Assembly (NCBI GenBank): GCA_964016885.1
Contig: OZ024742.1
Span: forward strand, 212,598,001 to 212,662,000
Length of the DNA stretch: 64,000 nt
Direction: 5' to 3'
DNA from: Eledone cirrhosa
Lineage: Eukaryota
The position numbers and the translations under genes are program-made. Positions 28,401 to 42,900 of the stretch are shown in pieces. The stretch's first letter is position 1, and every line of letters starts with the position of its first letter. Under the pieces are notes generated by a model, which searched no databases, was not told the origin of the DNA, and was given only the letters and a program-made list of their open reading frames with translations.

Positions 28401-31400
28401 GACATAATCTATATTATGTTCTATGTATGTAGTGCTATAACTATGGAACAAGATTGAAGACAATCTATATATGGTCTATGTATGTAGTGCTATAACTATG
28501 GAACAAGATTGAAGACATAATCTATATTATGTTCTATGTATGTAGTGCTATAACTATGAAACAAGATTGAAGACAATCTATATTATGTTCTATGTATGTA
28601 GTGCTATAACTATGGAACAAGATTGAAGACATAATCTATATTATGGTCTATGTATGTAGTGCTATAACTATGGAACAAGATTGAAGACATAATCAATATT
28701 ATGGTCTATGTATGTATGTAGTGCTATAACTATGGCACAAGATTGAAGACATAATCTATATTATGGTTTATGTATGTCGTGCTATAACTATGGAACAAGA
28801 TTGAAGACATAATCTAAATATGGTCTATGTATGTAGTGCTATAACTATGGAACAAGATTGAAGACATAATCTATATTATGTTCTATGTATGTAGTGCTAT
28901 AACTATGGAACAAGATCAAAGACATAATCTATATTATGTTCTATGTATGTAGTGCTATAACTATAGAAAAAGATTGAAGACATAATCTATATTATGGTCT
29001 ATGTATGTAGTGCTATAAGTATGGCACAAGATTGAAGACAATCTATATTATGTTCTATGTATGTAGTGCTATAACTATGGAACAAGATTGAAGACATAAT
29101 CTATATTATGGTCTATGTATGTAGTGCTATTACTATGGAACAAGATTGAAGACATAATCTATATTATGTTCTATGTATGTAGTGCTATAACTATGGAACA
29201 AGATTGAAGACATAATCTATATTATGTTCTATGTATGTAGTGCTATAACTATGGAACAAGATTGAAGACATAATCTATATATGGTCTATGTATGTAGTGC
29301 TATAACTATGGAACAAGATTGAAGACATAATCTATATTATGTTCTATGTATGTAGTGCTATAACTATGAAACAAGATTGAAGACATAATCTATATTATGG
29401 TCTATGTATGTAGTGCTATAACTATGGAACAAGATTGAAGACATAATCTATATTATGGTCTATGTATGTAGTGCTATAACTATGGCAAAAGATTGAAGAC
29501 ATAATCGATATTATGGTCTATGTATGTAGTGCTATAACTATGGAACAAGATTGAAGACATAATTTATATATGGTCTATGTATGTAGTGCTATAACTATGG
29601 AACAAGATTGAAGACATAATCTATATTATGTTCTATGTATGTAGTGCTATAACTATGGAACAAGATTGAAGACATAATCTATATTATGTTCTATGTATGT
29701 AGTGCTATAACTATGGAACAAGATTGAAGACATAATCTATATTATGTTCTATGTATGTAGTGCTATAACTATGGAACAAGATTGAAGACATAATCTATAT
29801 TATGGTCTATGTATGTAGTGCTATAACTATGGAACAAGATTGAAGACATAATCAATATTATGGTCTATGTATGTAGTGCTATAACTATGGCACAAGATTG
29901 AAGACATAATCTATATTATGGTTTATGTTTGTCGTGATATAACTATGGAACAAGATTGAAGACATAATCTATATTATGTTCTATGTATGTAGTGCTATAA
30001 CTATGGAACAAGATTGAAGACATAATCTATATATGGTCTATGTATGTAGTGCTATAACTATGGAACAAGATTGAAGACATAATCTATATTATGTTCTATG
30101 TATGTAGTGCTATAACTATGGAACAAGATTGAAGACATAATCTATATTATGTTCTATGTATGTAGTGGTATAACTATGAAACAAGATCAAAGACATAATC
30201 TATATTATGTTTTATGTATGTAGTGCTATAACTATGGAACAAGATTGAAGACATAATCTATATTATGGTCTATGTATGTAGTGCTATAACTATGGAACAA
30301 GATTGAAGACATAATCTATATTATGGTCCATGTATGTAGTGCTATAACTATGGCACAAGATTGAAGACATAATCTATATTATGGTTTATGTATGTAGTGC
30401 TATAACTATGGAACAAGATTGAAGACATAATCTATATTATGTTCTATGTATGTAGTGCTATAGCTATGGAACAAGATTGAAGACATAATCTATATATGGT
30501 CTATGTATGTAGTGCTACAACTATGGAACAAGATTGAAGACATAATCTATATTATGTTCTATGTATGTAGTGCTATAACTATGGAACAAGATCGAAGACA
30601 TAATCTATATTATGATCTACGTATGTAGTGCTATAACTATAGAACAAGATTGAAGACATCATCTATATTATGGTCTATGTATGTAGTGCTATAACTATGG
30701 CATAAGATTGAAGACATAATCTATATTATGTTCAATGTATGTAGTGCTATAACTATGGAACAAGATTGAAGATATAATCTATATTATGGTCTATGTATGT
30801 AGTGCTATAACTATGGCACAAGATTGAAGACATAATCTATATTATGGTCTATGTATGTAGTGCTATAACTATGGAACAAGATTGAAGACAAAATCTATAT
30901 TATGGTCTATGTATGTAGTGCTATAACTATGGAACAAGATTGAAGACATAATCTATATTATGGTCTATGTATGTAGTGCTATAACTATGGCAAAAGATTG
31001 AAGACATAATCTATATTATGGTCTATGTATGTAGTGCTATAACTATGGAACAAGATTGAAGACATAATCTATATTATGCTCTATGTATGTAGTGCTATAA
31101 CTATGGAACAAGATTGAAGACATAATCTATATTATGTTCTATGTATGTAGTGCTATAACTATGGAACAAGATTGAAGACAATCTATATATGGTCTATGTA
31201 TGTAGTGCTATAACTATGGAACAAGATTGAAGACATAATCTATATTATGTTCTATGTATGTAGTGCTATAACTATGAAACAAGATTGAAGACAATCTATA
31301 TTATGTTCTATGTATGTAGTGCTATAACTATGGAACAAGATTGAAGACATAATCTATATTATGGTCTATGTATGTAGTGCTATAACTATGGAACAAGATT

Positions 31401-33950
31401 GAAGACATAATCAATATTATGGTCTATGTATGTATGTAGTGCTATAACTATGGCACAAGATTGAAGACATAATCTATATTATGGTTTATGTATGTCGTGC
31501 TATAACTATGGAACAAGATTGAAGACATAATCTATATTATGGTCTATGTATGTAGTGCTATAACTATGGAACAAGATTGAAGACATAATCTATATTATGT
31601 TCTATGTATGTAGTGCTATAACTATGGAACAAGATCAAAGACATAATCTATATTATGTTCTATGTATGTAGTGCTATAACTATAGAAAAAGATTGAAGAC
31701 ATAATCTATATTATGGTCTATGTATGTAGTGCTATAAGTATGGCACAAGATTGAAGACAATCTATATTATGTTCTATGTATGTAGTGCTATAACTATGGA
31801 ACAAGATTGAAGACATAATCTATATTATGGTCTATGTATGTAGTGCTATTACTATGGAACAAGATTGAAGACATAATCTATATTATGATCTATGTATGTA
31901 GTGCTATAACTATGGCACAAGATTTAAGACATAATCTATATTATGGTCTATGTATGTAGTGCTACAACTATGGAACAAGATTGAAGACATAATCTATATT
32001 ATGGTCTATGTATTTAGTGCTATAACTATGGAACAAGATTGAAGACATAATCTATATTATGTTCTATGTATGTAGTGCCATAACTATGGAACAAGATTGA
32101 AGACATAATCTATATTATGTTCTATGTATGTAGTGCTATAACTATGGAACAAGATTGAAGACATAATCTATATTATGGTCTATGTATGTAGTGCTATAAC
32201 TATGGCACAAGATTGAAGACAATCTATATTATGGTCTATGTATGTAGTGCTATAACTATGGAACAAGATTGAAGACATAATCTATATATGGTTTATGTAT
32301 GTAGTGCTATAACTATGGAACAAGATTGAAGACATAATCTATATTATGATTTATGTATGTAGTGCTATAACTATGGAACAAGATTGAAGACATAATCTAT
32401 ATCATGTTCTATGTATGTAGTGCTATAACTATGGAACAAGATTGAAGACATAATCTATATTATGGTCTATGTATGTAGTGCTATAACTATGGCACAAGAT
32501 TGAAGACAATCTATATTATGGTCTATGTATGTAGTTCTATAACTATGGAACAAGATTGAAGACATCATCTATATTATGGTCTATGTATGTAGTGCTATAA
32601 CTATGGCAAAAGATTGAAGACATAATCTATATTATGTTCTATGTATGTAGTGCTATAACTATGGAACAAGATTGAAGACATAATCTATATTATGTTCTAT
32701 GTATGTAGTGCTATAACTATGGAACAAGATCGAAGACATAATCTATATTATGTTCTATGTATGTAGTGCTATAACTATGGAACAAGATTGAAGACATAAT
32801 CTATATTATGGTCTATGTATGTAGTGCTATAACTATGGCAAAAGATTGAAGACATAATCGATATTATGGTATATGTATGTAGTGCTATAACTATGGAACA
32901 AGATTGAAGACATAATCTATATATGGTCTATGTATGTAGTGCTATAACTATGGAACAAGATTGAAGACATAATCTATATTATGTTCTATGTATGTAGTGC
33001 TATAACTATGGAACAAGATTGAAGACATAATCTATATTATGTTCTATGTATGTAGTGCTATAACTATGGAATAAGACTGAAGACATAATCTATATTATGG
33101 TCTATGTATGTAGTGCTATAACTATGGAACAAGATTGAAGACATAATCTATATTATGGTCTATGTTTGTAGTGCCATAACTATGGCAAAAGATTGAAGAC
33201 ATAATCTATATTATGGTCTATGTATGTATTGCTATAACTATGGAACAAGATTGAAGACATAATCTATATTATGGTCTATGTATGTAGTGCTATAACTATG
33301 GAACAAGATTGAAGACATAATCTATATTATGTTCTATGTATGTAGTGCTATAACTATGGAACAAGATTGAAGACATAATCTATATATGGTCTATGTATGT
33401 AGTGCTATAACGATGGAACAAGATTGAAGACATAATCTATATTATGTTCTATGTATGTAGTGCTATAACTATGGAACAAGATTGTAGACATAATCTATAT
33501 TATGTTCTATGTATGTAGTGCTAGAACTACGGAACAAGATTGAAGACATAATCTATATATGGTCTATGTATGTAGTGCTATAACTATGGAACAAGATTGA
33601 AGACATAATCTATATTATGTTCTATGTATGTAGTGCCATAACTATGGAACAAGATTGAAGACATAATCTATATTATGTTCTATGTATGTAGTGCCATAAC
33701 TATGGAACAAGATTGAAGACATAATCTATATTATGTTCTATGTATGTAGTGCTATAACTATGGAACAAGATCGAAGACATAATCTATATTATGTTCTATG
33801 TATGTAGTGCTATAACTATGGAACAAGATTGAAGACATAATCTATATTATGGTCTATGTATGTAGTGCTATAACTATGGCAAAAGATTGAAGACATAATC
33901 GATATTATGGTCTATGTATGTAGTGCTATAACTATGGAACAAGATTGAAG
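21700..33950. repeat. Macro-repeat copy 1 (about 12.25 kb)
   Basis: AAAGTC at 21713 and 33964 (offset 12,251). AATAGTG at 24841 and 37093 (12,252). TATTTAG at 32011 and 44205 and TTGTAGAC at 33482 and 45676 (both 12,194, after loss of one monomer). Confidence 0.88.
26400..31850. repeat. 47-monomer (2,718 bp) higher-order repeat, two tandem copies
   Basis: GATCTACG at 27896 and 30614. 47x58=2,726, and the indel variants in one unit sum to -8, giving 2,718. The same spacing occurs at 40148/42866 and 53269/55987. Confidence 0.9.
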
Positions 33951-36900
33951 ACATAATCTATATAAAGTCTATGTATGTAGTGCTACAACTATGGAACAAG
34001 ATTGAAGACATAATCTATATTATGTTCTATGTATGTAGTGCTATAACTATGGAACAAGATTGAAGACATAATCTATATTATGGTCTATGTATGTAGTGCT
34101 ATAACTATGGAACAAGATTGAAGACATAATCTATATTATGGTCTATGTATGTAGTGCTATAGCTATGGAACAAGATTGAAGACAATCTATATTATGTTCT
34201 ATGTATGTAGTGCTATAACTATGGAACAAGATTGAAGACATAATCTATATTATGGTCTATGTATGTAGTGCTATAACTATGGAACAAGATTGAAGACATA
34301 ATCTATATTATGGTCTATGTATGTAGTGCTATAACTATGACACAAGATTGAAGACAATCTATATTATGGTCTATGTATATAGTGCTATAACTATGGAACA
34401 AGATTGAAGACATAATCTATATCATGTTCTATGTATGTAGTGCTATAACTATGGAACAAGATTGAAGACATAATCTATATTATGCTCTATGTATGTAGTG
34501 CTATAACTATGGCACAAGATTAAAGACATAATCTATATTATCTTCTACGTATGTAGTGCTATAACTATGGAACAAGATTGAAGACATAATCTATATTATG
34601 GTCTATGTATGTAGTGCTATTACTATGGAACAAGATTGAAGACATAATCTATATTATGATCTATGTATGTAGTGCTATAACTATGGCACAAGATTTAAGA
34701 CATAATCTATATTATGGTCTATGTATGTAGTGCTACAACTATGGAACAAGATTGAAGACATAATCTATATTATGGTCTATGTATGTAGTGCTATAACTAT
34801 GGAACAAGATTGAAGACATAATCTATATTATGTTCTATGTATGTAGTGCCATAACTATGGAACAAGATTGAAGACATAATCTATATTATGTTCTATGTAT
34901 GTAGTGCTATAACTATGGAACAAGATTGAAGACATAATCTATATTATGGTCTATGTATGTAGTGCTATAACTATGGCACAAGATTGAAGACAATCTATAT
35001 TATGGTCTATGTATGTAGTGCTATAACTATGGAACAAGATTGAAGACATAATCTATATATGGTTTATGTATGTAGTGCTATAACTATGGAACAAGATTGA
35101 AGACATAATCTATATTATGATTTATGTATGTAGTGCTATAAGTATGGAACAAGATTGAAGACATAATCTATATCATGTTCTATGTATGTAGTGCTATAAC
35201 TATGGAACAAGATTGAAGACATAATCTATATTATGGTCTATGTATGTAGTGCTATAACTATGGCACAAGATTGAAGACAATCTATATTATGGTCTATGTA
35301 TGTAGTTCTATAACTATGGAACAAGATTGAAGACATCATCTATATTATCTTCTATGTATGTAGTGCTATAACTATGGAACAAGATTGAAGACATAATCTA
35401 TATTATGTTCTATGTATGTAGTGCTATAACTATGGCACAAGATTGAAGACATAATCTATATTATGGTCTATGTATGTATTGCTATAACTATGGAACAAGA
35501 TTGAAGACATAATCTATATTATGGTCTATGTATGTAGTGCTACAACTATGGAACAAGAATGAAGACATAATCTATATTATGTTCTATGTATGTAGTGCTA
35601 TAACTATGGAACAAGATTGAAGACATAATCTATATTATGGTCTATGTATGTAGTGCTATAACTATGGAACAAGATTGAAGACATAATCTATATTATGGTC
35701 TATGTATGTAGTGCTATAGCTATGGAACAAGATTGAAGACAATCTATATTATGTTCTATGTATGTAGTGCTATAACTATGGAACAAGATTGAAGACATAA
35801 TCTATATTATGGTCTATGTATGTAGTGCTATAACTATGGAACAAGATTGAAGACATAATCTATATTATGGTCTATGTATGTAGTGCTATAACTATGACAC
35901 AAGATTGAAGACAATCTATATTATGGTCTATGTATGTAGTGCTATAACTATGGAACAAGATTGAAGACATAATCTATATCATGTTCTATGTATGTAGTGC
36001 TATAACTATGGAACAAGATTGAAGACATAATCTATATTATGCTCTATGTATGTAGTGCTATAACTATGGCACAAGATTAAAGACATAATCTATATTATCT
36101 TCTACGTATGTAGTGCTATAACTATGGAACAAGATTGAAGACATAATCTATATTATGGTCTATGTATGTAGTGCTATAACTATGGAACAAGATTGAAGAC
36201 ATAATCTACATTATGGTCTATGTATGCAGTGCTATAACTATGGCACAAGATTGAAAACATAATCTATATTATGGTCTATGTATGTAGTGCTATAACTATG
36301 GAACAAGATTGAAGACATAATCTATATTATGGTTTATGTATGTAGTGCTATAACTATGGAACAAGATTGAAGACATAATCTATATTATGGTCTATGTATG
36401 TAGTGCTATAACTATGGAACAAGATTGAAGACATAATCTATATTATGGTTTATGTATGTAGTGCTATAACTATGGAACAAGATTGAAGACATAATCTATA
36501 TTATGATTTATGTATGTAGTGCTATAACTATGGAACAAGATTGAAGACATAATCTATATCATGTTCTATGTATGTAGTGCTATAACTATGGAACAAGATA
36601 GAAGACATAATCTATATTATGGTCTATGTATGTAGTGCTATAACTATGGCACAAGATTGAAGACAATCTATATTATGGTCTATGTATGTAGTTCTATAAC
36701 TATGGAACAAGATTGAAGACATCATCTATATTATGTTCTATGTATGTAGTGCTACAACTATGGAACAAGATTGAAGACATAATCTATATTATGTTCTATG
36801 TATGTAGTGCTATAACTATGGCACAAGATTGAAGACATAATCTATATTATGGTCTATGTATGTATTGCTATAACTATGGAACAAGATTGAAGACATAATC

Positions 36901-39900
36901 TATATAAAGGTCTATGTATGTAGTGCTACAACTATGGAACAAGATTGAAGACATAATCTATATTATGTTCTATGTATGTAGTGCTATAACTATGGAACAA
37001 GATTGAAGACATAATCTATATTATGGTCTATGTATGTAGTGCTATAACTATGGAACAAGATTGAAGACATAATCTATATTATGGTCTATGTAAATAGTGC
37101 TATAGCTATGGAACAAGATTGAAGACAATCTATATTATGTTCTATGTATGTAGTGCTATAACTATGGAACAAGATTGAAGACATAATCTATATTATGGTC
37201 TATGTATGTATTGCTATAACTATGGAACAAGATTGAAGACATAATCTATATTATGGTCTATGTATGTAGTGCTATAACTATGGCACAAGATTGAAGACAA
37301 TCTATATTATGGTCTATGTATGTAGTGCTATAACTATGGAACAAGATTGAAGACATAATCTATATCATGTTCTATGTATGTAGTGCTATAACTATGGAAC
37401 AAGATTGAAGACATAATCTATATTATGCTCTATGTATGTAGTGCTATAACTATGGCACAAGATTAAAGACATAATCTATATTATCTTCTACGTATGTAGT
37501 GCTATAACTATGGAACAAGATTGAAGACATAATCTATATTATGGTCTATGTATGTAGTGCTATAACTATGGAACAAGATTGAAGACATAATCTATATTAT
37601 GGTCTATGTATGCAGTGCTATAACTATGGCACAAGATTGAAAACATAATCTATATTATGGTCTATGTATGTAGTGCTATAACTATGGAACAAGATTGAAG
37701 ACATAATCTATATTATGGTCTATGTATGTAGTGCTATAACTATGGAACAAGATTGAAGACATAATCTATATTATGTTCTATGGATGTAGTGCTATAATTA
37801 TGGAACAAGATTGAAGACATAATCTATATTATGTTCTATGTATGTAGTGCTATAACTATGGAACAAGATTGAAGACATGATCTATATTATGGTCTATGTA
37901 TGTAGTGCTATAACTATGGAACAAGATTGAAGACATAATCTATATTATGGTCTATGTATGTAGTGCTATAACTATGGCACAAGATTGAAGACATAATCTA
38001 TATTATGGTTTATGTATGTAGTGCTATAACTATGGAACAAGATTGAAGACATAATCTATATTATGTTCTATGTATGTAGTGCTATAACTATGGAACAAGA
38101 TTGAAGACATAATCTATATATGGTCTATGTATGTAGTGCTATAACTATGGAACAAGATTGAAGACATAATCTATATTATGTTCTATGTATGTAGTGCTAT
38201 AACTATGGAACAAGATCGAAGACATAATCTATATTATGTTCTACGTATGTAGTGCTATAACTATAGAACAAGATTGAAGACATAATCTATATTATGGTCT
38301 ATGTATGTAGTGCTATAACTATGGCATAAGATTGAAGACATAATCTATATTATGTTCTATGTATGTAGTGCTATAACTATGGAACAAGATTGAAGACATA
38401 ATCTATATTATGGTCTATGTATGTAGTGCTATAACTATGGCACAAGATTGAAGACATAATCTATATTATGGTCTATGTATGTAGTGCTATAACTATGGAA
38501 CAAGATTGAAGACATAATCTATATTATGTTCTATGTATGTAGTACTATAACTATGGAACAAGATTGAAGACATAATCTATATTATGGTCTATGTATGTAG
38601 TGCTATAACTATGGCAAAAGATTGAAGACATAATCTATATTATGGTCTATGTATGTAGTGCTATAACTATGGAACAAGATTGAAGACATAATCTATATTA
38701 TGTTCTATGTATGTAGTGCTATAACTATGGAACAAGATTGAAGACATAATCTATATTATGTTCTATGTATGTAGTGCTATAACTATGGAACAAGATTGAA
38801 GACATAATCTATATATGGTCTATGTATGTAGTGCTATAACTATGGAACAAGATTGAAGACATAATCTATATTATGTTCTATGTATGTAGTGCTATAACTA
38901 TGAAACAAGATTGAAGACATAATCTATATTATGGTCTATGTATGTAGTGCTATAACTATGGAACAAGATTGAAGACATAATCTATATTATGGTCTATGTA
39001 TGTAGTGCTATAACTATGGCAAAAGATTGAAGACATAATCGATATTATGGTCTATGTATGTAGTGCTATAACTATGGAACAAGATTGAAGACATAATTTA
39101 TATATGGTCTATGTATGTAGTGCTATAACTATGGAACAAGATTGAAGACATAATCTATATTATGTTCTATGTATGTAGTGCTATAACTATGGAACAAGAT
39201 TGAAGACATAATCTATATTATGTTCTATGTATGTAGTGCTATAACTATGGAACAAGATTGAAGACATAATCTATATTATGTTCTATGTATGTAGTGCTAT
39301 AACTATGGAACAAGATTGAAGACATAATCTATATTATGGTCTATGTATGTAGTGCTATAACTATGGAACAAGATTGAAGACATAATCAATATTATGGTCT
39401 ATGTATGTAGTGCTATAACTATGGCACAAGATTGAAGACATAATCTATATTATGGTTTATGTTTGTCGTGCTATAACTATGGAACAAGATTGAAGACATA
39501 ATCTATATTATGTTCTATGTATGTAGTGCTATAACTATGGAACAAGATTGAAGACATAATCTATATATGGTCTATGTATGTAGTGCTATAACTATGGAAC
39601 AAGATTGAAGACATAATCTATATTATGTTCTATGTATGTAGTGCTATAACTATGGAACAAGATTGAAGACATAATCTATATTATGTTCTATGTATGTAGT
39701 GGTATAACTATGAAACAAGATCAAAGACATAATCTATATTATGTTCTATGTATGTAGTGCTATAACTATGGAACAAGATTGAAGACATAATCTATATTAT
39801 GGTCTATGTATGTAGTGCTATAACTATGGAACAAGATTGAAGACATAATCTATATTATGGTCCATGTATGTAGTGCTATAACTATGGCACAAGATTGAAG

Positions 39901-42900
39901 ACATAATCTATATTATGGTTTATGTATGTAGTGCTATAACTATGGAACAAGATTGAAGACATAATCTATATTATGTTCTATGTATGTAGTGCTATAGCTA
40001 TGGAACAAGATTGAAGACATAATCTATATATGGTCTATGTATGTAGTGCTACAACTATGGAACAAGATTGAAGACATAATCTATATTATGTTCTATGTAT
40101 GTAGTGCTATAACTATGGAACAAGATCGAAGACATAATCTATATTATGATCTACGTATGTAGTGCTATAACTATAGAACAAGATTGAAGACATCATCTAT
40201 ATTATGGTCTATGTATGTAGTGCTATAACTATGGCATAAGATTGAAGACAAAATCTATATTATGTTCAATGTATGTAGTGCTATAACTATGGAACAAGAT
40301 TGAAGACATAATCTATATTATGGTCTATGTATGTAGTGCTATAACTATGGCACAAGATTGAAGACATAATCTATATTATGGTCTATGTATGTAGTGCTAT
40401 AACTATGGAACAAGATTGAAGACAAAATCTATATTATGGTCTATGTATGTAGTGCTATAACTATGGAACAAGATTGAAGACATAATCTATATTATGGTCT
40501 ATGTATGTAGTGCTATAACTATGGCAAAAGATTGAAGACATAATCTATATTATGGTCTATGTATGTAGTGCTATAACTATGGAACAAGATTGAAGACATA
40601 ATCTATATTATGCTCTATGTATGTAGTGCTATAACTATGGAACAAGATTGAAGACATAATCTATATTATGTTCTATGTATGTAGTGCTATAACTATGGAA
40701 CAAGATTGAAGACAATCTATATATGGTCTATGTATGTAGTGCTATAACTATGGAACAAGATTGAAGACATAATCTATATTATGTTCTATGTATGTAGTGC
40801 TATAACTATGAAACAAGATTGAAGACAATCTATATTATGTTCTATGTATGTAGTGCTATAACTATGGAACAAGATTGAAGACATAATCTATATTATGGTC
40901 TATGTATGTAGTGCTATAACTATGGAACAAGATTGAAGACATAATCAATATTATGGTCTATGTATGTATGTAGTGCTATAACTATGGCACAAGATTGAAG
41001 ACATAATCTATATTATGGTTTATGTATGTCGTGCTATAACTATGGAACAAGATTGAAGACATAATCTAAATATGGTCTATGTATGTAGTGCTATAACTAT
41101 GGAACAAGATTGAAGACATAATCTATATTATGTTCTATGTATGTAGTGCTATAACTATGGAACAAGATCAAAGACATAATCTATATTATGTTCTATGTAT
41201 GTAGTGCTATAACTATAGAAAAAGATTGAAGACATAATCTATATTATGGTCTATGTATGTAGTGCTATAAGTATGGCACAAGATTGAAGACAATCTATAT
41301 TATGTTCTATGTATGTAGTGCTATAACTATGGAACAAGATTGAAGACATAATCTATATTATGGTCTATGTATGTAGTGCTATTACTATGGAACAAGATTG
41401 AAGACATAATCTATATTATGTTCTATGTATGTAGTGCTATAACTATGGAACAAGATTGAAGACATAATCTATATTATGTTCTATGTATGTAGTGCTATAA
41501 CTATGGAACAAGATTGAAGACATAATCTATATATGGTCTATGTATGTAGTGCTATAACTATGGAACAAGATTGAAGACATAATCTATATTATGTTCTATG
41601 TATGTAGTGCTATAACTATGAAACAAGATTGAAGACATAATCTATATTATGGTCTATGTATGTAGTGCTATAACTATGGAACAAGATTGAAGACATAATC
41701 TATATTATGGTCTATGTATGTAGTGCTATAACTATGGCAAAAGATTGAAGACATAATCGATATTATGGTCTATGTATGTAGTGCTATAACTATGGAACAA
41801 GATTGAAGACATAATTTATATATGGTCTATGTATGTAGTGCTATAACTATGGAACAAGATTGAAGACATAATCTATATTATGTTCTATGTATGTAGTGCT
41901 ATAACTATGGAACAAGATTGAAGACATAATCTATATTATGTTCTATGTATGTAGTGCTATAACTATGGAACAAGATTGAAGACATAATCTATATTATGTT
42001 CTATGTATGTAGTGCTATAACTATGGAACAAGATTGAAGACATAATCTATATTATGGTCTATGTATGTAGTGCTATAACTATGGAACAAGATTGAAGACA
42101 TAATCAATATTATGGTCTATGTATGTAGTGCTATAACTATGGCACAAGATTGAAGACATAATCTATATTATGGTTTATGTTTGTCGTGCTATAACTATGG
42201 AACAAGATTGAAGACATAATCTATATTATGTTCTATGTATGTAGTGCTATAACTATGGAACAAGATTGAAGACATAATCTATATATGGTCTATGTATGTA
42301 GTGCTATAACTATGGAACAAGATTGAAGACATAATCTATATTATGTTCTATGTATGTAGTGCTATAACTATGGAACAAGATTGAAGACATAATCTATATT
42401 ATGTTCTATGTATGTAGTGGTATAACTATGAAACAAGATCAAAGACATAATCTATATTATGTTCTATGTATGTAGTGCTATAACTATGGAACAAGATTGA
42501 AGACATAATCTATATTATGGTCTATGTATGTAGTGCTATAACTATGGAACAAGATTGAAGACATAATCTATATTATGGTCCATGTATGTAGTGCTATAAC
42601 TATGGCACAAGATTGAAGACATAATCTATATTATGGTTTATGTATGTAGTGCTATAACTATGGAACAAGATTGAAGACATAATCTATATTATGTTCTATG
42701 TATGTAGTGCTATAGCTATGGAACAAGATTGAAGACATAATCTATATATGGTCTATGTATGTAGTGCTACAACTATGGAACAAGATTGAAGACATAATCT
42801 ATATTATGTTCTATGTATGTAGTGCTATAACTATGGAACAAGATCGAAGACATAATCTATATTATGATCTACGTATGTAGTGCTATAACTATAGAACAAG

